Source: an uncultured Candidatus Saccharibacteria bacterium
Lineage (GTDB): Bacteria; Patescibacteriota; Minisyncoccia; Phycocordibacterales; JACOZG01
Direction of reading: 5' to 3'
Length of the DNA stretch: 64,000 nucleotides
NCBI GenBank assembly: GCA_965230925.1
Contig: OZ246403.1
Span: forward strand, 330,455-394,454
A program made the translations under genes and the position numbers. The stretch's first letter is position 1. The number at the start of each line of letters is the position of its first letter. This document shows, one piece after another, positions 28,649 to 38,087 of this stretch. Under the pieces are notes generated by a model that was not told the DNA's origin, ran no database searches, and saw nothing but the letters and a program-made list of their open reading frames with translations.

Positions 28649-30229
28649 CTACATTCTATCAAGAACGGGAATAGCAAGAAGAGCGAGACCAGTGGATAAC
28701 ACCCTGTCCACCGCCCGAGTAATAGTGAGTCGATAAGCTTCTTCAGCACTGCCAACAATTTGATTCTGGGCATAGAAGGCGTTGAAAGCGCTCGCCACCT
28801 CGGTGAGATAAGTTACGAGATGTTGCGGCGCAAGCTCTCGCGCGGCGCGAGAAACTACCTCAGGAAAGCGAATCAGTTTTCGTTCGAGATCGCCAATTTC
28901 CTCCACGGTAATATCCGCTTTTGTTTCAACATTACCTGCTTTTTCTAAAACCGAATGCGCCCGAGCGCGCGTGTATTGCAGATAGGGTCCGGAGTCACCC
29001 TCAAACGACAGGGATTTGTCGAAGTCGAAGATGATATCGCGACCGATTGCTTGTCGGAGAATGGAATATTTAATCGCCGCAATCGCCACTTTTTCCTGAA
29101 CTTCTGGATTATCTGATTTTTCTCTTAGCTTCTCTTTCGCTTCTTCAATCAATGCTTCAGCCGTAATCACCTTCCCCGTCCGCGATGACATCTTGCCAGT
29201 CGGTAAGCGCAACATGCCGTGACCAATGTGATGTGTTTTGGCCGCGAGGTCGGGGAAAATAAGTTCTAGTGCTTTGTGTAAGACACGGAAATAATCATTC
29301 ACTTCATTACCCGTGATAATTACTGACCGCTCGTACGGATAACGATCATATTTAATGTTAGCTAAACCTAATTCCTTCGCCTCGTACGTCGGCAAACCTT
29401 CAGAATTTAAGAAAACTCGGGTATGTAAACCGTATTGTTCGCCACGGAAAACTACTGCGCCATCACTCTTTTCAAAAACTTTACCGATACTTTCTTCCAC
29501 CAACTTTTTTCCAAACTCACCGGTCTCGCTCTCAAAAAAGTTAAAATCAAACTTCGTCCCGAGCTTGGCGTAAATTTTCTCAAACTCAGCGAGGGTTTCT
29601 TGCTTGCCTTGATCGTACAATTCATTAAGCGCCGCATCAGATCGCTCATAAACTTTCTTATTCAGAGCAATAATTTCTTGCTTCGCTGTCCCGCTTTCTT
29701 CATACGCCTTACTGCCGGCCACATAAGCTTTGCCCCAGTCATTTTCGCCCTGCTGCTTACCATAGAGCGCCTTCGCCACATGCAAACCCACATCGCCCTG
29801 ATAACAAGCGCGCTTCACTTCTGCGCCCACTGCTTCCGTTAACCCAGCGAGCGCTTCCCCAATCGTATTCGACATCAAGTGACCAATATGAAATTCTTTA
29901 AACGGATTCGGGTCTGTATACTCAAAAATTGTTTTCTGCTTCGCCGCGCTGGAGCTCTTCGCGATGGACGAAAGCGGGTTCTCGGTCAACCGCTTTACTT
30001 CAGCAGCAACAAATTCCGGTTTTAAAAAGAAGTTAATAAACCCCGGCCCAGCCACCGTGATTTTCTCAATAAACTCGGGTTTACTCTGCTCGAGTTCGGC
30101 CACAAGCTCGGCCGCCGGTCGGCCTGACTTCATCGCAAGATTCGTAGAATAATCACCATGCGCCGCGCTCTCCGGCACACTAAGTATCACCCCCTCCCCG
30201 AGCCAAGCCTTCAACTTTTCTTCAATCAC
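28649..30229 (-). CDS. argS: arginyl-tRNA synthetase
   Basis: HIGH (EFHIGHLMS) and the DALR anticodon-binding domain. Start is assigned to the GTG at 30229 (VIEEKLKAWL...), downstream of the terminator hairpin. The ORF track extends to 30307. Confidence 0.85.
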   Translation of the reverse strand: MIEEKLKAWLGEGVILSVPESAAHGDYSTNLAMKSGRPAAELVAELEQSKPEFIEKITVAGPGFINFFLKPEFVAAEVKRLTENPLSSIAKSSSAAKQKTIFEYTDPNPFKEFHIGHLMSNTIGEALAGLTEAVGAEVKRACYQGDVGLHVAKALYGKQQGENDWGKAYVAGSKAYEESGTAKQEIIALNKKVYERSDAALNELYDQGKQETLAEFEKIYAKLGTKFDFNFFESETGEFGKKLVEESIGKVFEKSDGAVVFRGEQYGLHTRVFLNSEGLPTYEAKELGLANIKYDRYPYERSVIITGNEVNDYFRVLHKALELIFPDLAAKTHHIGHGMLRLPTGKMSSRTGKVITAEALIEEAKEKLREKSDNPEVQEKVAIAAIKYSILRQAIGRDIIFDFDKSLSFEGDSGPYLQYTRARAHSVLEKAGNVETKADITVEEIGDLERKLIRFPEVVSRAARELAPQHLVTYLTEVASAFNAFYAQNQIVGSAEEAYRLTITRAVDRVLSTGLALLAIPVLDRM

Positions 30230-30240
30230 GAGAATTATCC

Positions 30241-30280
30241 TAACATAAAAACAGGGCCCGTCGCTTTCGCAACAGGCCCT
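30241..30280 (-). terminator. rho-independent terminator (AGGGCC...GGCCCT stem plus U-run)
   Basis: A 6-bp GC stem with a U-rich tail on the minus strand (GTTTTTATGTT), between the 112-aa ORF and the argS start. Confidence 0.4.
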
Positions 30281-30299
30281 CGCCATGGCAAGACCGAAA

Positions 30300-30638
30300 C
30301 TAAGCAATTGCTTTCATCTCGGCCTCACGAAAATCTTGGTAGCACACCTCTGCGGCAATGGGAATGGCTTTGATAAGCGATTCCTGTTCACTAGAAGTGA
30401 ACATTACCGACTCAAACTCAAGAGAAGCAAGCCACCTGTAGAATTCTGCTTCTTTCACCACCACCACGGAACCATCTCGACTGATTGTCTGAACTAAACC
30501 TGGACGATGGTCTTGTTCATAAATCTGTCGAATCCTTCTGGGACTGATGGGTCGTTCGAGAACCCGCCCAGAAATGTCTAACCAACCATTAGCCAAACGA
30601 CCAAGTGATCCGGTCAGAATCTTCGGTGATGATGACAT
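30300..30638 (-). CDS. hypothetical protein
   Basis: ORF only; no recognised motifs. Confidence 0.3.
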   Translation of the reverse strand: MSSSPKILTGSLGRLANGWLDISGRVLERPISPRRIRQIYEQDHRPGLVQTISRDGSVVVVKEAEFYRWLASLEFESVMFTSSEQESLIKAIPIAAEVCYQDFREAEMKAIA

Positions 30639-30743
30639 TGATACCCCTTTTACGGCGATACCTAGGTACTACCCCGAGCAAGGAATCCTTTCCTCTTACG
30701 CTCGACTGTCACCACAATAAACTATTAACAACAACCTGTCAAC

Positions 30744-31394
30744 TTACAAGTAATCAAAGAGTTTTAATTGCTCGTTCTTAAGCACGGAGTCAATCACGTT
30801 TTTCACATTCGTTTTCACTGTCTCGACTGGATCATGGCTTGAAATAATTACTTTAGAAAATTCTGGAGGCAAGTTGCGATAGGCATTGCGCACTCGGCGA
30901 TGGAAGTCCACATCTCGCTCGTCAAAGTGATTTTTTCCTTTCTTTCCCCTTTCATTGGTTCGTGCCACGGCAATATGCGGATTAACGTCAAGAATAATGT
31001 AAAGATCGGGCGCCGCAGAACCTAAACACACCTCTCGCATTTGCATAAATAGCGGCTCAAGAGAAAGTCTTTCTTGGCCATAAATTTGGAAGGCATAAGA
31101 AGAAGAGTCGAGGCGGTCAGAAATCACATGCTTTCCTGCTTCCAGCGCTGGACGAATTTTATGCTCAATATGATCAGCTCGCGCGGCCCAAAAGAGACCA
31201 AACTGAGTGAGGCCGGAGGCGTCCTTAGCGTCAGGACTAAGAATTATTTCGCGAATCTTCTCAGCAAAGGGCGAGCCGCCAGGCTCGCGGGTAAACAAAA
31301 AATTCTCGGTATACACCGAGCGCAAATATTCTATAATCGTCGTCTTACCACACCCATCAGCACCGTCAATAACGATAAATTTTCCGCGGCTCAT
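30744..31394 (-). CDS. tmk: thymidylate kinase
   Basis: P-loop IVIDGADGCGKTT and the dTMP kinase lid. Confidence 0.9.
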   Translation of the reverse strand: MSRGKFIVIDGADGCGKTTIIEYLRSVYTENFLFTREPGGSPFAEKIREIILSPDAKDASGLTQFGLFWAARADHIEHKIRPALEAGKHVISDRLDSSSYAFQIYGQERLSLEPLFMQMREVCLGSAAPDLYIILDVNPHIAVARTNERGKKGKNHFDERDVDFHRRVRNAYRNLPPEFSKVIISSHDPVETVKTNVKNVIDSVLKNEQLKLFDYL

Positions 31395-32614
31395 GACCGG
31401 AGAATTTTATCAATTTTCCGGGCGATTGCCACCATGTCCTTTTTCACCTTTCCACGTGTCGTTTCAGCCGGTGTACCAAGCCGAATTCCTGATGGATCCA
31501 CAGCACTGCGAGTATCAAACGGGATCATGTTTTTATTCACAATAATCCCGGCTTTCTCTAGCCGATTACTCGCCTCGGCACCGCCAACCCCTTTGCCTTC
31601 TAGCCAAGTGTCAACAAGAAGCAAATGCGAATCGGTTCCCCCACTCACCAAGCGCCAACCAAGTTTTTGTAGCTCATTCCCGAGCGCCTTTGCGTTCTTC
31701 ACAATCTGCTTGGCGTATTTTTTAAATTCTGGCCGCGCCGCTTCTGCAAGAGCAACAGCGACCCCGGCAATTTGATTCAAATGTGGACCCCCCTGCAAAC
31801 CTGGAAACACAGCTTTATCAATTTTTTTGTCTAATTCTCGTTTATCGTGCCGAGAAAAAATCAGCGCGCTTCTTGGTCCACGAAGAGTTTTGTGCGTGGT
31901 TGTCGTTACCACATCAGCGTACTTGAAAGGGCTCGGGTACACCCCACCAGCAACGAGTCCGGCAAAGTGCGACATATCAACCATCAGCAACGCGTCCACC
32001 GAATCAGCAATGTCTCGAAACTTTTCCCAATCAATAATTCTCGGATAAGCCGTGAAGCCAGCCACAATCACATCGGGCTTATTTTCTCGCGCAATCTTTT
32101 TCAATTCCTCATAATCAAGTGTCTCGGTCTCCTTACTCACCCCATACGGAATTTGTTGAAAAATCTTTCCCGTCATCGACACTTTGTGACCGTGTGTGAG
32201 ATGACCGCCATGATCGAGCGACATACCCATAATCTTGCCGTGCGGTGGCACCATCGCGTAATATACTGCCAAATTCGCCGGCGAACCCGAGAGCGCCTGC
32301 ACATTAACCGCCCATTCGTCAGAATTTAATTTAAAAAGTTTCAGTGCCCGTTTTTGACACAAACGTTCCACTTCATCCACCACCGCATTGCCACCATAAT
32401 AACGCTTGCCCGGATAACCTTCAGCATATTTATTATTCAGTTCCGAACCAAGTGCCGCCAAAACATCTTGAGAAATATAGTTTTCCGAGGGAATCAGATT
32501 AATCACCCGCTTCTGCCGCCCCTTCTCAGCCTTGATGAGTTGCTCGATTTGCTTATCTTTCACGAGCCACAGATTACCAAGTTTCCGCGACAAAAGGAAA
32601 GGCCGGCGGTCCAC
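31391..32614 (-). CDS. glyA: serine hydroxymethyltransferase
   Basis: LIPSENYISQDVLAALGS..NKYAEGYPGKRYYGG and the PLP-lysine region TTTTHKTLRGPR. The likely true start is the GTG at 32563 (MKDKQIEQLIKAE). Confidence 0.9.
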   Translation of the reverse strand: MDRRPFLLSRKLGNLWLVKDKQIEQLIKAEKGRQKRVINLIPSENYISQDVLAALGSELNNKYAEGYPGKRYYGGNAVVDEVERLCQKRALKLFKLNSDEWAVNVQALSGSPANLAVYYAMVPPHGKIMGMSLDHGGHLTHGHKVSMTGKIFQQIPYGVSKETETLDYEELKKIARENKPDVIVAGFTAYPRIIDWEKFRDIADSVDALLMVDMSHFAGLVAGGVYPSPFKYADVVTTTTHKTLRGPRSALIFSRHDKRELDKKIDKAVFPGLQGGPHLNQIAGVAVALAEAARPEFKKYAKQIVKNAKALGNELQKLGWRLVSGGTDSHLLLVDTWLEGKGVGGAEASNRLEKAGIIVNKNMIPFDTRSAVDPSGIRLGTPAETTRGKVKKDMVAIARKIDKILRS

Positions 32615-32650
32615 GAAGGACAGCCGGCCCGGAATCTGAAAGCTTGACTT

Positions 32651-33427
32651 TTATCGAGTTTCCACATCAAGCGTTAATGGACTATACGGACGGCGAGTAT
32701 ACTGTTGTTCTCGGAAAAAGCCACAGTCACACAAGAACTTACTGCACCGCTCGCAATCACCGCCGTAAATCTCGAGCAACGCCTCGCCCAGATTAATACC
32801 GAGCACATTTGCGACACTGAAGGTCCAAGCAAGCACGTCAGACAATTCAAGGGCACACTGCTTTCGTCTTTCTCCGACAGTGATACTGCTATCAGCCATA
32901 GCCGCCCGAATGATCTTGGCCGCTTCCCCAACTTCGGAACTCAGGCGCAAGAGACAAAACTGGATCCCCTGCTGCCGGTTGCTTTCACCGAACATGCGAT
33001 CGAGAAGTTCTTGCCACTGCAAAATCGTCTGACTACCAAATGGGTAAGAACTTGTGTCTTGCCAATCCGTAAGGTAAGCGGGTGATTCAGAAGAACTCCT
33101 CTGAAGTTTACAAGTGCACACCCTTTGACCGCAACCGAAACAGTGATTAGCTCCCCACTTCCTCCACAAAGCATATTCGAGTGGTAAATCGCCTTGATAC
33201 TCTACAAAAGCGACTGTCCAACCGAATACGTTTGCCAACGCCATTTCTGGAGTTCTCTCACCTCTCTGTCTGACCACTGACTCAAAAAGTTGATTCGCCG
33301 TTGCATCAATAAGATGCAGGCAAAGATCAGACACTGAAGGAATACAAAACCGATTAGCGATCCCGTATTTAAGACGAAATCGCTCTATCCAACCAGAGAG
33401 AGTTATGTCCGACGCTATTGTTGTCAC
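32651..33427 (-). CDS. fusion protein: unknown N-terminal domain + Cys4 zinc ribbon + MazG-like all-alpha NTP pyrophosphohydrolase
   Basis: CFGCGQRVCTC...CERCSKFLCDC form a Zn-ribbon. SSEVGEAAKIIRA...ALELSDVLAWTFSVANVLGINLGEALLEIY carries the MazG/HisE-like EExxE/D signature. GTG start. Confidence 0.45.
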   Translation of the reverse strand: MTTIASDITLSGWIERFRLKYGIANRFCIPSVSDLCLHLIDATANQLFESVVRQRGERTPEMALANVFGWTVAFVEYQGDLPLEYALWRKWGANHCFGCGQRVCTCKLQRSSSESPAYLTDWQDTSSYPFGSQTILQWQELLDRMFGESNRQQGIQFCLLRLSSEVGEAAKIIRAAMADSSITVGERRKQCALELSDVLAWTFSVANVLGINLGEALLEIYGGDCERCSKFLCDCGFFREQQYTRRPYSPLTLDVETR

Positions 33428-33500
33428 GCTTTATCTCCTCAAAGAACAATCTGTTCGTTTTGTCCAATTACACCAGCTTCCACCCTAACGCCGGGGCGGG

Positions 33501-33506
33501 TATAAT
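33501..33506 (+). promoter_or_regulatory. -10 element TATAAT overlapping the first ATG of the ThyX-like gene (leaderless-type)
   Basis: GGGTATAATGcaagccgaaATG has the same layout as the efp promoter: an ATG embedded in the -10 and a second ATG about 12 nt downstream. Confidence 0.4.
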
Positions 33507-33516
33507 GCAAGCCGAA

Positions 33517-34806
33517 ATGAAAATCATTGTTGTGGATGATGTGGCGCCGGAGGCGAATGCGATGTTGCAGGCGCTGTATTCCCGGAGTCCAAAAAGTGTG
33601 GTCGAGCACCTCGAGCAGGTGAAGAAAGTGGGCGCCGAGAAATTCATGGCCTCGTATTATGTGGGCTATGGCCACAAGTCGATTGGCGACTGCGGTACAA
33701 CAAGTCTGTTTATCGAAAATGTGAGCATGCTCGCGGCCAAAGCCGTGCAAGATTGGCCACTTTATAGCGGCCAAGAAGCGAGCACCCGCTACCTCGACAT
33801 GGCCGCGCAAGTGGTACTTGATCCGCTGGGTACACCGGAATCAAAGGCGATTCAAGATGAATGGATGAAATTTTATGCTCACGCTCTAGAAACTCTCGCA
33901 CCCGCATTGCAGGTGCGCTTCCCTCGCGCCGATGATCAAGATGAGAGGGTGTATCTGAAGGCGATCAAAGCGCGCGCCTTCGACATTGCCCGTGGCTTCT
34001 TACCCGCTGGCGTGACCACCTATGTGAGCTGGCACACCAATCTCCGCCAAGCGAGCGATCATCTCAAAGAACTCCGTCATCACCCTCTCCCCGAGATCCG
34101 CGAAGTGGCCAAAGAAATTGCCGGGGCCCTGCGAACTAAATACGCTTCGAGCTTTCTCCATAAAGAATATGAAACGGAAGAAAATTATCTAGAACAAAGT
34201 TTGAAGGAATTTGCCTACTTCAACGATCCAAGTATCAAAAACTTTTCTTACCAAGTGCGACTCGACTTAGAAGGCTTGAAGAAACACCAAAAGCTTTTAG
34301 AAACTCGCCCAGCCAAGACCGAACTTCACTCGCGCTTCCGCGAGTTTGGCGATATTCTCTTCCGCTTCCCGCTCGACTTTGGCTCCTATCGCGATCTCCA
34401 ACGACAGCGCAGCGCCGTGCAAGAGATGCCGCTACTCACCACCGCGCACGGCTTTCACTCTTGGTACTTAGAGCAACTCCCGGCTGATTTAAAAACTGAG
34501 GCTTTAGCGGTATTAAAAAATCAAGAAGCCAAACTAGAGAAACTCAAAACTTCGCCAGAAATTAAACAGTACTATACCGCGATGGGTTACCTCGTGACCG
34601 TGCAAATGAGTTGCCCTCTACCTTCTGCCGTTTATATCGCCGAGCTCCGTAGCGCCGACACCGTTCATCCTACGCTCCGCATTGAAGCACAACGCATGGG
34701 TGATGCAATCAAAGCAAGCGTCCCCGGCATTACGATGCATCATGACACCACCCCAGGCTCTTGGAATATTAAGCGCGGCGCCCAAGATATTGTGAAAGTG
34801 AATTAA
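33517..34806 (+). CDS. divergent tandem-domain Thy1 (flavin-dependent thymidylate synthase ThyX-like) protein
   Basis: The first Thy1 repeat (GYGHKSIGDCGTTSLFIENVSMLAAKAVQDWPLYSGQEASTRY, then TNLRQASDHLKELR...EIREVA) has SML in place of SRA and QDW in place of RHR. The C-terminal half looks like a second repeat (SYRDLQRQRSAVQ). The ORF track begins at 33418. Confidence 0.55.
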   Translation: MKIIVVDDVAPEANAMLQALYSRSPKSVVEHLEQVKKVGAEKFMASYYVGYGHKSIGDCGTTSLFIENVSMLAAKAVQDWPLYSGQEASTRYLDMAAQVVLDPLGTPESKAIQDEWMKFYAHALETLAPALQVRFPRADDQDERVYLKAIKARAFDIARGFLPAGVTTYVSWHTNLRQASDHLKELRHHPLPEIREVAKEIAGALRTKYASSFLHKEYETEENYLEQSLKEFAYFNDPSIKNFSYQVRLDLEGLKKHQKLLETRPAKTELHSRFREFGDILFRFPLDFGSYRDLQRQRSAVQEMPLLTTAHGFHSWYLEQLPADLKTEALAVLKNQEAKLEKLKTSPEIKQYYTAMGYLVTVQMSCPLPSAVYIAELRSADTVHPTLRIEAQRMGDAIKASVPGITMHHDTTPGSWNIKRGAQDIVKVN

Positions 34807-34807
34807 A

Positions 34808-35230
34808 TTATTTCCCCGTACTCCCAAAAGCCCTCTCGCCGCGCACTGAGTCACTCAAGTCTTTCACTTCTTCAAATTCCACTTCCTCAACTTTCTGAAT
34901 CAAAAGCTGAGCCACCTTATGTCCTTTTTCAAAGTTAAAAACTTTTTCAGAAAAATTCATTAAACTCACCTGCATTTCGCCGCGGAAGTTTGAGTCAACA
35001 ACTCCGCCAAAAGTTTTGAGTCCGTGCTTGTGCGAGAGTCCGCCTTTATCCCAAATAAGGCCAACATAACCACGCGGGATTTCAATAGCGAAGCCGAGCG
35101 GAATTGATTTCTGTTCGCCGGTTTCAATGGCGCACGCATCCGGCGTATACAGATCAACCCCAGCATCGCCAGCGAGGGCATGCTTTGGCACAATGGCGTC
35201 GGCGCGCAACTTTTTGTAACTTATTTTCAT
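34808..35230 (-). CDS. dut: dUTP diphosphatase
   Basis: dUTPase motifs AGDAGVDLY, GLIWDKGGLSHKHGL, GVVDSNFRGE and ERAFGSTG. Confidence 0.9.
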   Translation of the reverse strand: MKISYKKLRADAIVPKHALAGDAGVDLYTPDACAIETGEQKSIPLGFAIEIPRGYVGLIWDKGGLSHKHGLKTFGGVVDSNFRGEMQVSLMNFSEKVFNFEKGHKVAQLLIQKVEEVEFEEVKDLSDSVRGERAFGSTGK

Positions 35231-36342
35231 GCTTTGAATTTAAATTGTTTGGCCAAACGCGGCCCTGATTGCACCGTGTAATTAGAATCAAGATTGTCAT
35301 ACACCATACTTGGTGTCCCAGCCATTCGATCAAAACGAATTTTAGCAATTGGCTGATGGTGACGAACTATTAAGTCTTCAAACGGTCTCATCTCAAGCGT
35401 AAATGGCCGGCCCTTCGTCTCACCTCTCGCCCCCCAACCCCAACCTGGGTCAATGAAACCAGCGTAGTGAGAACGGAAATCGCCGCTCCGTTCATCCATC
35501 GGCACCATTTCACAAGCGAGATCCGGCGGTACCCGCACCGCCTCGGCGGTAGAGAGAATATAGAAGGCCCCGCGTTTCAAATACAAATAATCGCCTTTTT
35601 TCTTAATGGGTTTGAAAAATTTCGAAGAGTTATAATGCTTCACCTTCGCCAAGTCTACTGGCTCGTGATTACTCACACCTTCATAACCAAGCAGGTTTCC
35701 AACCACATTCAAGGTTAAAATAATCGATGAATCATTGTCTCGAATTTTGATATCACTAAAAGTATAGGGCGAGCTACCATCGGCGCGCCAAAGCAATTTA
35801 TAGCGCTTCATCGCGAGTTCAAGCTCCAAGTCACTTAGGCGAGTGTCGAGGTTAAAGAAACGCAATTGGTTTAAGCAAACCCCGGGATAAAGTTTGACCG
35901 GAAAAGTCTTTGGCATGAGAGAAACCCAGAGTTCCCCTTTCCCACCCGCGTGCACCGAGTCGTAGCGCGACACCCCATCGGCCAAGAGACGCACATGAAC
36001 ATCAAGGCGCCCGCTGGTTGACTTGGGATTACAGAAACCATACACCGACCCGGGTAAATCTAAAGATTCATTGAGACGGACCAAGTACATCTGGTCTTTC
36101 TTAAGAACCCGATCAAGACTATATGGCTTAGTTTTGAGCTTAGAAATAACGCTTCGAACATTCTCCCCATGTTTGGGTAAAAAAATACCCTCAATCTCAT
36201 AAATTTCTTCTGAGACCGAGAGATCGAGCGAAGCCGGGCGAATATTCTCTTCCTTGGCGCCCATCACACAACCAGACTGCACTAACTCAGTAATAACTTG
36301 AGTAGGCAAAGCGCCGCGTTTGTAATTGAGGTCAGCAGTCAT
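35227..36342 (-). CDS. dcd: 2'-deoxycytidine 5'-triphosphate deaminase, long DCD-family form
   Basis: A 371-aa protein with two dUTPase-like half-domains (GFIDPGWGWGARG...). Start overlaps the dut stop. Confidence 0.7.
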   Translation of the reverse strand: MTADLNYKRGALPTQVITELVQSGCVMGAKEENIRPASLDLSVSEEIYEIEGIFLPKHGENVRSVISKLKTKPYSLDRVLKKDQMYLVRLNESLDLPGSVYGFCNPKSTSGRLDVHVRLLADGVSRYDSVHAGGKGELWVSLMPKTFPVKLYPGVCLNQLRFFNLDTRLSDLELELAMKRYKLLWRADGSSPYTFSDIKIRDNDSSIILTLNVVGNLLGYEGVSNHEPVDLAKVKHYNSSKFFKPIKKKGDYLYLKRGAFYILSTAEAVRVPPDLACEMVPMDERSGDFRSHYAGFIDPGWGWGARGETKGRPFTLEMRPFEDLIVRHHQPIAKIRFDRMAGTPSMVYDNLDSNYTVQSGPRLAKQFKFKA

Positions 36343-36397
36343 TTACCTCATTATACAGAATCACAATTTTCGTAAAGTCTTGACTTAAAGATGATGA

Positions 36398-36423
36398 GAG
36401 CCCAGCGACTTGTCGCTGGGCTC
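36398..36423 (-). terminator. rho-independent terminator (perfect GAGCCCAGCGAC/GTCGCTGGGCTC hairpin)
   Basis: A 12-bp perfect inverted repeat 45 nt downstream of the 199-aa gene, followed on the minus strand by TCATCATCTTT. Confidence 0.6.
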
Positions 36424-36467
36424 TAAAATGTAATTATTACAAACCTGTTGGGTGGAACTGTGGTGGC

Positions 36468-37067
36468 CTACGCAGCCGCTACAGCTCTTGTTCTTCGTCC
36501 CTTCTGCGGCGACGGTGCGGCAGGAACAGGTAGCTGCAAACTCATTGCCCTAGCAAGTTCAGCAAGCTCGTTGCCGGCCGACCCCCAAGTCATCGCGGTG
36601 AACTTTGAGGGCAAGCGGTCGATCACTTCTGCGGGCGGTGAAATCGAATCGTGCACCCACATCAGTAACACAGGAAAATTGCGTCCCCGCGTTTGCTCTG
36701 CCAACCACGTCAAGTAAGCCTTAGCGTCGGCTGGGTCTGGTGGTAAATAGCCTATCACTGCCCCGACCTCATCTAGGCGCGAAGCGAACATCTCAGTTCT
36801 GATGTCCGACACACGAACGGTCGGAAAAAAGACCTGTTCCGAGCCTTCCAGCCTCGCCTTGAGAGTTGAGGCAACATTTATCGCTTTTGCCCTCACTTCC
36901 CTGTCCAATCCGTCACCATCCTTGAGAGTGCCTCCCTTGATTTCCTGCGTACTCAAGGGACCAATCTGCATGACCTTGACCATGGTCATAACCTCCGTGT
37001 TTCCTAAAAAGTGTGGATGCGTAGTGGCTCCCGAGACCGAGCGGTCCCAACAAATGTAAAGAGCCAT
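36468..37067 (-). CDS. hypothetical alpha/beta protein occupying the position expected for rplA
   Basis: Probable start is the internal MVKVMQIGPLS. No L1 similarity. Visibly higher GC than the neighbouring genes. A TIR-like/SLOG-like fold is a guess only. Confidence 0.35.
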   Translation of the reverse strand: MALYICWDRSVSGATTHPHFLGNTEVMTMVKVMQIGPLSTQEIKGGTLKDGDGLDREVRAKAINVASTLKARLEGSEQVFFPTVRVSDIRTEMFASRLDEVGAVIGYLPPDPADAKAYLTWLAEQTRGRNFPVLLMWVHDSISPPAEVIDRLPSKFTAMTWGSAGNELAELARAMSLQLPVPAAPSPQKGRRTRAVAAA

Positions 37068-37090
37068 TCCGAGCTTAGATAGTACCAGGC

Positions 37091-37516
37091 TTAGCCAGTA
37101 ACTTCAATACCCATTGAACGAGCGGTACCAGCAATAATTTTCACCGCTGATTCGAGTTTAGTTGCATTCAAATCTGGGAGTTTACGCTCCGCAATTTCCT
37201 TCACTTGCGCTTTAGTGACTTTACCTACTTTCTGGGTCGCGTTTTTCCCCGAACCTTTCTCAACTTTAGCGGCTTTTAAGAGAAGACTTGAAGCCGGAGG
37301 TGTTTTGAGAACGAAATCCCAAGAACGATCGCCATAAACCGAAATTTCTACTGGCACAATGTCGCCCACCATATCTTTGGTGGCATCATTGAACTTCTTT
37401 ACGAAGTCACCAATATTGATCCCCGCTTGACCAAGAGCCGGACCGAGTTGTTGACCCGGCACGGCTTTACCGCCAGGAACTTGGAGTTTTAGCTTCTTTT
37501 CTACCTTTTTTGCCAT
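37091..37516 (-). CDS. rplK: 50S ribosomal protein L11
   Basis: [35 protein letters not shown]... Confidence 0.95.
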   Translation of the reverse strand: MAKKVEKKLKLQVPGGKAVPGQQLGPALGQAGINIGDFVKKFNDATKDMVGDIVPVEISVYGDRSWDFVLKTPPASSLLLKAAKVEKGSGKNATQKVGKVTKAQVKEIAERKLPDLNATKLESAVKIIAGTARSMGIEVTG

Positions 37517-37534
37517 AATATGATGCTAGCTTAC

Positions 37535-38080
37535 TTAGATTTTCTTAACTTGCAAGAAGTCGAGTTCAACAGGAGTCTCACGACCGAACATCGAGACGAA
37601 GACCTTGACCTTCCCCCGCTCGGTATCCACCTCACTCACCCGACCCTCAAATTCTTTGAACGGACCGTCAGTAATCTGAATCGCTTCGCCGGTGACGAGA
37701 TCAATCTTATGCTTCACCGTATCGCCGCCCATCGCCTTAAAGAGCGCCTCCACTTCCGACTTATCTAGCGGCACCGGTGTGGTTCCCGAGCCCACGAAAC
37801 CCGTGACTCTGGGTGTATTGCGCACCACATACCAAGAGCTATCGTCCACAATCATATCTACCAGCACATAACCCTGGTAAATTTTCTCCTCCACGGTCAC
37901 CCTTTTTCCACCCTTAATCTTGACCTTCTTCTCTACCGGCACGAGAACATTAAATATCTTGCCTTCCATCCCAAGCGACTCGATGCGCTGTTTAAGATTC
38001 CGCGCTACGGTGTTCTCGTAGCCAGAATAGGTGTGAACTGCGTACCAATTACGTTCTTGGGGTAATTCTTGCCGAGCCAT
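37535..38080 (-). CDS. nusG: transcription termination/antitermination factor NusG
   Basis: NGN domain (WYAVHTYSGYENTVARNL) and C-terminal KOW (GPFKEFEGRVSEVD). Confidence 0.9.
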   Translation of the reverse strand: MARQELPQERNWYAVHTYSGYENTVARNLKQRIESLGMEGKIFNVLVPVEKKVKIKGGKRVTVEEKIYQGYVLVDMIVDDSSWYVVRNTPRVTGFVGSGTTPVPLDKSEVEALFKAMGGDTVKHKIDLVTGEAIQITDGPFKEFEGRVSEVDTERGKVKVFVSMFGRETPVELDFLQVKKI

Positions 38081-38087
38081 AAATAGT

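Noticed and set aside
31074-31775. 233-aa plus-strand ORF spanning tmk/glyA, and similar long antisense ORFs inside ileS, glyA, pilB and pilM
   Set aside because: They lie fully inside well-supported minus-strand genes. They have no motifs and a low-complexity composition.
33418-33516. Upstream extension of the ThyX-like ORF (MLSRFISSKNN...)
   Set aside because: It would overlap the divergent MazG-fusion gene and contains the TATAAT promoter. Alignment with ThyX begins at MKIIVVDD.
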